Origin: an uncultured Chloroflexia bacterium
Lineage (GTDB): Bacteria > Chloroflexota > Limnocylindria > Limnocylindrales > CSP1-4
Reading direction: 5' to 3'
DNA: 64,000 nucleotides
Assembly: GCA_963842695.1 (NCBI GenBank)
Contig: CAWJHK010000015.1
Coordinates: 4,834-68,833, forward strand
The first letter of the stretch is position 1; the number at the start of each line of letters is the position of its first letter. Of this stretch, positions 60,312 to 64,000 are shown one piece after another. A program made the translations under genes and the position numbers. The notes below the pieces were generated by a model. That model made no database searches. It saw nothing but the letters and a program-made list of their open reading frames with translations, and was not told the DNA's origin.

Positions 60312-61064
60312 TCAGGCCGACCCGTCCGCGAAGGCGAGCACCTCGGCGAGGTCCAGCCTGCCCGTGTAGAGCGCTCTCCCGACGATGGCCCCCGAGCAAC
60401 CGGCGTCCCGGAGCGCGCGCAGGTCGTCGATCGAGGCGATGCCACCGGACGCGATGACGGTACCGCGGTCCATCCCGACGATCCGCTCGTAGAGGGCGAG
60501 GTCAGGCCCGGCGAGGAGCCCGTCGCGGTCGATGGCGGTCACCTCGAACGTCTCGACTCCCGCTTCACCCAGGCTGGCGATCGCATCGGCTGCGTCGACG
60601 CCCTGCATTTCCGGGTTCCAGCCGTAGCCGACCGCCCGGCCGTCGCGAACGTCGACGGCTACCGCGATCTTGCCGGCACCATGCGTCGCCACGAGGCGTC
60701 CGGCGAATGCCGGGTCGGCCAGCGCGGCGGTGCCGACGACGGCCCGGGCGGCTCCGGTTGCCAGGACGGCCGCGACGCCCTCCTCGGTACGAAGGCCACC
60801 GGCCACCTCGACCGAGGCGCGATCCCCCACCGTGCCGACGATCGCCGTGATCGTCTCCGCGTGGGTCGGCATGCCCGACCGGGCACCGTCGAGATCGACG
60901 ACGTGGAGCCACCGTGCCCCGGCATCGACGAATGCCGTGGCGACGACCAGCGGATCGTTGGCGAAGGCGGTCTCGCGGTCGAAGTCGCCCTGCTCCAGCC
61001 GCACGACGCGGCCCCCGCGCAGGTCGATGGCGACCAGGATCTCGAAACCGCTTGTCACAAGCAT
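60312..61064 (-). CDS. hisA: Phosphoribosyl-formimino-AICAR-P isomerase (HisA; PriA-type in actinobacteria)
   Basis: ILVAIDLRGGRVVRLEQGDF..LHVVDLDGA..VEVAGGLR..TAIDRDGLLAGPD..IASGGIASIDDL... Confidence 0.9.
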   Translation of the reverse strand: MLVTSGFEILVAIDLRGGRVVRLEQGDFDRETAFANDPLVVATAFVDAGARWLHVVDLDGARSGMPTHAETITAIVGTVGDRASVEVAGGLRTEEGVAAVLATGAARAVVGTAALADPAFAGRLVATHGAGKIAVAVDVRDGRAVGYGWNPEMQGVDAADAIASLGEAGVETFEVTAIDRDGLLAGPDLALYERIVGMDRGTVIASGGIASIDDLRALRDAGCSGAIVGRALYTGRLDLAEVLAFADGSA

Positions 61065-61074
61065 TCCTTCATGC

Positions 61075-61104
61075 TAGCGTATTAGCACGCTACAACGCTA
61101 ATAC
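61075..61104. promoter_or_regulatory. AT-rich palindromic element in the hisA / yerC divergent intergenic region (candidate operator or promoter)
   Basis: Inverted repeat GTATTAGC (61079-61086) - N10 - GCTAATAC (61097-61104). The hexamer ACGCTA or its complement TAGCGT occurs three times (61075, 61087, 61095). A TAATAC -10-like hexamer lies at 61099-61104. Confidence 0.35.
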
Positions 61105-61128
61105 ATCAGCAGCGGAGTGACCGGCACG

Positions 61129-61461
61129 ATGGCCGACGACTGGCGGACCCCCGACGTCGAAGCCCTGCTCCAGGCAGTGCTTCGTCTCGAGACGCGCGAT
61201 GAGGCCGAGCGGTTCTTCCGCGACCTCTGCACCCTGAACGAGCTGCGCGACCTGTCCCAGCGCTGGGCCGTCGTCCGCATGCTCGACGCAGGACTCCACT
61301 ATGCCGACATCTCCCGGCAGACCGGTGCGAGCACAGCGACGATCACCCGGATCGCGTCGTGGCTGAACCACGGCGAGGGCGGCTACCGCGGGATGCTCGC
61401 GAAGCTGGACGCCGAGTCCCGCGAAGGAACCCGCCCCTACCCGGTCGGCGGCGAGCGATGA
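61129..61461 (+). CDS. YerC/YecD-family TrpR-like DNA-binding protein
   Basis: ..LLQAVLRLETRDEAERFFRDLCTLNELRDLSQRWAVVRMLDAGLHYADISRQTGASTATITRIASWLNHGEGGY... The stop overlaps the hisG ATG (ATGA at 61458-61461). Confidence 0.8.
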   Translation: MADDWRTPDVEALLQAVLRLETRDEAERFFRDLCTLNELRDLSQRWAVVRMLDAGLHYADISRQTGASTATITRIASWLNHGEGGYRGMLAKLDAESREGTRPYPVGGER

Positions 61462-62318
61462 CTCGTCGCCTGCGCCTCGCCGTCCCCAACAAGGGACGGC
61501 TGGTCGAGCCGACCGTCCGGCTCCTGCGCGACGCCGGCCTCGTCTTCGAGGAGCACGATCGGAGCCTCGTGGCGCGCGTCCAGAACTTCGATCTCGACAT
61601 CCTGTTCGTCCGGACCAATGACGTGATCGAGTTCGTCGGCGACGGCGTCGCAGACCTCGGCGTGACCGGTATCGACCTCCTGGCCGAGACCGGCGCCGAG
61701 CTGCCGCGGATCCGGTCGCTCGGCTACGGCCGCTGCCGGCTGGCGGCCGCGGTCCCGACCGACACGCCCCATCAGGCCATCGACGATCTCGCCGGCCTCC
61801 GCGTCGCGACCGCCCACCCGAACACCGCCCGACGCTTCTTCGAGGAGCGCGGCGTCCCCGTCGAGATCGTCCCCATCTCGGGCGCCGTGGAGGTCGCCCC
61901 TCGTCTCGGCCTGGCCGAGGGGATCGTCGACCTCGTCTCGACCGGGTCGACGCTGGCGATGAACGGGCTCCGCCAGATCGGCGACGTGCTCGAATCCGAG
62001 GCCGTCCTGATCGCCAATCCGGCGGCCGATCGCGAGCGGGCGGCGGAGGTCGCGGCCATCGACACGATGCTCAGCGCCGTGATCGCCGCGCGCGGCCGGA
62101 AGTACCTGATGATGAACGCCCCGGCGCCCAGGCTCGCCGAGCTCGAACGCCTGCTGCCTGCTCTCGAGTCGCCGACCGTCATCCCCCTCGCTCACGCCGG
62201 GATGATCGCCATCCACTCGGTCGTCGGCGCCGATGACGTGTGGAGCCTGCTCCCCCGCCTCAAGGCCGCCGGCGCCTCGGGGATCCTCGTCCTGCCGATC
62301 GAGAAGATCGTCCCGTGA
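61458..62318 (+). CDS. hisG: ATP phosphoribosyltransferase, long form
   Basis: LRLAVPNKGRLVEPTVRLLRDAGL..DILFVRTNDVIEFVGDGVADLGVTGIDLL..DLVSTGSTLAMNGL.. plus a C-terminal regulatory domain. Confidence 0.95.
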   Translation: MTRRLRLAVPNKGRLVEPTVRLLRDAGLVFEEHDRSLVARVQNFDLDILFVRTNDVIEFVGDGVADLGVTGIDLLAETGAELPRIRSLGYGRCRLAAAVPTDTPHQAIDDLAGLRVATAHPNTARRFFEERGVPVEIVPISGAVEVAPRLGLAEGIVDLVSTGSTLAMNGLRQIGDVLESEAVLIANPAADRERAAEVAAIDTMLSAVIAARGRKYLMMNAPAPRLAELERLLPALESPTVIPLAHAGMIAIHSVVGADDVWSLLPRLKAAGASGILVLPIEKIVP

Positions 62319-63700
62319 CGGGTCCTGCCGCTCCGTCCGGCTCTCCGGCTCGGCCGACCGAGGCGGATGCCCCGGCGCTCCGGCTTCGATGGCTCGATCT
62401 CGCCGACGTCATCGCGGGTGACCCGAGCGCCCGCCGCGACCACGACGCATTGATCCGGCGCGGTGCCGTCCCCGATCCAGCCGTCCGGGATGCCGCCCGC
62501 GTCACGCTGGCCGACGTTCGGGTGCGCGGCGCCGATGCGGTCCGGGATGCGAACGAAGGAGTCGGTGGCGGCGCGCGCGACGGGCGGCTCCTCCTCGACC
62601 CGGGCGAGCTCCGCGAGGCTCGCGACCGGCTCGACCGCCGGACCCGGCGAGCCCTCGACCAGGCGATCGACCACGTCCGGCGGTTCGCCGAGACCCAGCG
62701 GCCACGGACGGTTCGCACCGGGATCGCCCCCGGCATCGAGATCGAGCGCCGCTGGACACCGCTCCAGCGCGTCGGCGCCTACGTCCCGGGCGGATCCGCC
62801 CCGTACCCGTCGTCCCTCGTGATGACCGTCGTGCCGGCCCGTGTCGCCGGCGTCGGCGAGGTCGTCGTCGCGTCCCCGGCCGGGCGCGACGGCGAGATCG
62901 ATCCCGTCCTGACCGGCGCGGCGGGCCTCCTGGCGGTGGACGGGTTCGTCGTAGCCGGCGGGGCACAGGCCGTGGGGGCGCTCGCGTTCGGGCTCCCGCA
63001 GCTCGGCCTCGAGCCGGTCGACCGGATCGTGGGGCCGGGCAATGCCTGGGTCACGGCGGCCAAGCTCGAGGTCGCCGGGACCGTCGGGATCGACCTGCCG
63101 GCGGGGCCGTCGGAGGGCATGGTCCTGGCCGTGCCGCCCGCCGACCCGGTCCGGGTCGCGGCCGACCTGATCACCCAGGCCGAGCACGGGCCTGATTCGC
63201 CGGCGATCCTCGTCACCACGGATCCGGCGTTCGCATCCACGGTCGAGACAGCGGTCGAGTCGCTCGTGGCCGATGCGGCACGGCCCGAGATCCTCGATGC
63301 GGCGCTGCGCGATCACGGTCTGGTCGTCCTCGCCCCGTCGCTCCAGGCAGCCATCGACTTCGTCAATGCCTACGGGCCCGAGCACCTCTCGATCGATGTC
63401 CCGGCCCTCGAGGAGACCGTCGCGGCGATCCGCAACGCGGGCTCGGTGTTCGTCGGCGCGTGGGCACCCGAATCGGCCGGCGACTACGCGACCGGTGCCA
63501 ACCACGTGCTTCCCACCGGTGGGCTCGCGCGTGCCTCCGGAGCCCTGGCGGTCGAGTCGTACGGCAAGTTCATCCAGGTCCAGCGGGTCGACGAGGCGGG
63601 GCTCGCGTCCATCCGCGACACGATCGCCACCCTCGCCGAGGCCGAGGGTCTGCTCGCCCACCGCGACGCGGTCGAGATCCGGTTCGGCGGCCGGTCATGA
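62315..63700 (+). CDS. hisD: Histidinol dehydrogenase
   Basis: ..VGAYVPGGSAPYPSSLVMTVVPARVAGV..IVGPGNAWVTAAK..DLPAGPSE..QAEHGPDS..YGPEHLSI..GDYATGANHVLPTGG... GTG at 62315 overlaps the hisG stop (GTGA). Confidence 0.95.
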   Translation: MTGPAAPSGSPARPTEADAPALRLRWLDLADVIAGDPSARRDHDALIRRGAVPDPAVRDAARVTLADVRVRGADAVRDANEGVGGGARDGRLLLDPGELREARDRLDRRTRRALDQAIDHVRRFAETQRPRTVRTGIAPGIEIERRWTPLQRVGAYVPGGSAPYPSSLVMTVVPARVAGVGEVVVASPAGRDGEIDPVLTGAAGLLAVDGFVVAGGAQAVGALAFGLPQLGLEPVDRIVGPGNAWVTAAKLEVAGTVGIDLPAGPSEGMVLAVPPADPVRVAADLITQAEHGPDSPAILVTTDPAFASTVETAVESLVADAARPEILDAALRDHGLVVLAPSLQAAIDFVNAYGPEHLSIDVPALEETVAAIRNAGSVFVGAWAPESAGDYATGANHVLPTGGLARASGALAVESYGKFIQVQRVDEAGLASIRDTIATLAEAEGLLAHRDAVEIRFGGRS

Positions 63701-64000
63701 GCCCGACGCCCGTGACCTTCACCGGGCCGAACGTTCCCGCCTCGTACAGCTGGGAGGCGACCGACGAAGAAGTCGCCGCACGCTACGGCCTCGATCCCTC
63801 GACGATCCTGCGGTTCGACCTCAACACCTCCCCCACCCCGCCGGCGCTCGTCGATCGAGTGCTCAAGACGGGCCGGTTCGTGGCGCCCCTGAACGAGTAC
63901 CCGCCGACCGACTATCGGGAGCTCGTCGAGGCGGCGGCTGCCCGGTACGGCGTCGGCACGGACGAGCTCCTGGTCGGGGCCGGCGCCGACGAGATCCTCG
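63697..64000 (+). CDS. hisC: Histidinol-phosphate aminotransferase, 5' part (runs off the right edge)
   Basis: The ATG overlaps the hisD stop (ATGA). MSPTPVTFTGPNVPASYSWEATDEEVAARYGLDPSTILRFDLNTSPTPP..NEYPPTDYRELVEAAAARYGVGTDELLVGAGADEIL is typical of the HisC N-terminus. Confidence 0.85.
   Translation, partial: MSPTPVTFTGPNVPASYSWEATDEEVAARYGLDPSTILRFDLNTSPTPPALVDRVLKTGRFVAPLNEYPPTDYRELVEAAAARYGVGTDELLVGAGADEIL

Overview
High-GC, actinobacterial-type chromosomal segment. RNase Y, YmdB and several F420-type enzymes hint at a deep-branching Actinomycetota lineage such as Thermoleophilia or Rubrobacteria, but that is inference only. No rRNA, tRNA, CRISPR array, transposase or integrase was recognised. 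The left half (about 0-34 kb) is accessory-like: an esterase, an EXLDI protein with a DrrAB-type ABC exporter, F420/flavin/SDR/VOC/SRPBCC small enzymes, an ArsR regulator, a prolyl oligopeptidase, a giant secreted S8 protease beside an orphan baseplate-like gene, a DHFR-like/nucleotidyl-cyclase fusion with two stand-alone DHFR-like paralogs, a VanW protein, a macro domain, a hemerythrin-like protein and two flavoenzymes. The right half is housekeeping: galK, hflX, miaA/miaB, TerC, PHP-ymdB-rny, recX-recA, tgt-DUF2905-ruvB, then ruvA-ruvC-yebC, an EF-G paralog, hisA, and yerC-hisG-hisD-hisC. A 4.4 kb opposite-strand insert lies between ruvB and ruvA; it carries an LAL/LuxR regulator, a tandem-repeat lipoprotein and a small ORF. 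The dominant technical feature is about 40 reading-frame breaks by my hand count, clustered in obviously essential genes. I read these as assembly indels, so affected genes are listed as type pseudogene, meaning frameshifted as sequenced. I found no complete, clearly novel multi-gene system. The best second-look candidates are the DHFR-like/cyclase fusion with guanylate-cyclase-like specificity residues, the orphan baseplate-wedge-like gene next to the S8 protease, the split ruvAB locus, and the YerC-led his operon. All family calls come from motif recognition by eye; no searches were run.
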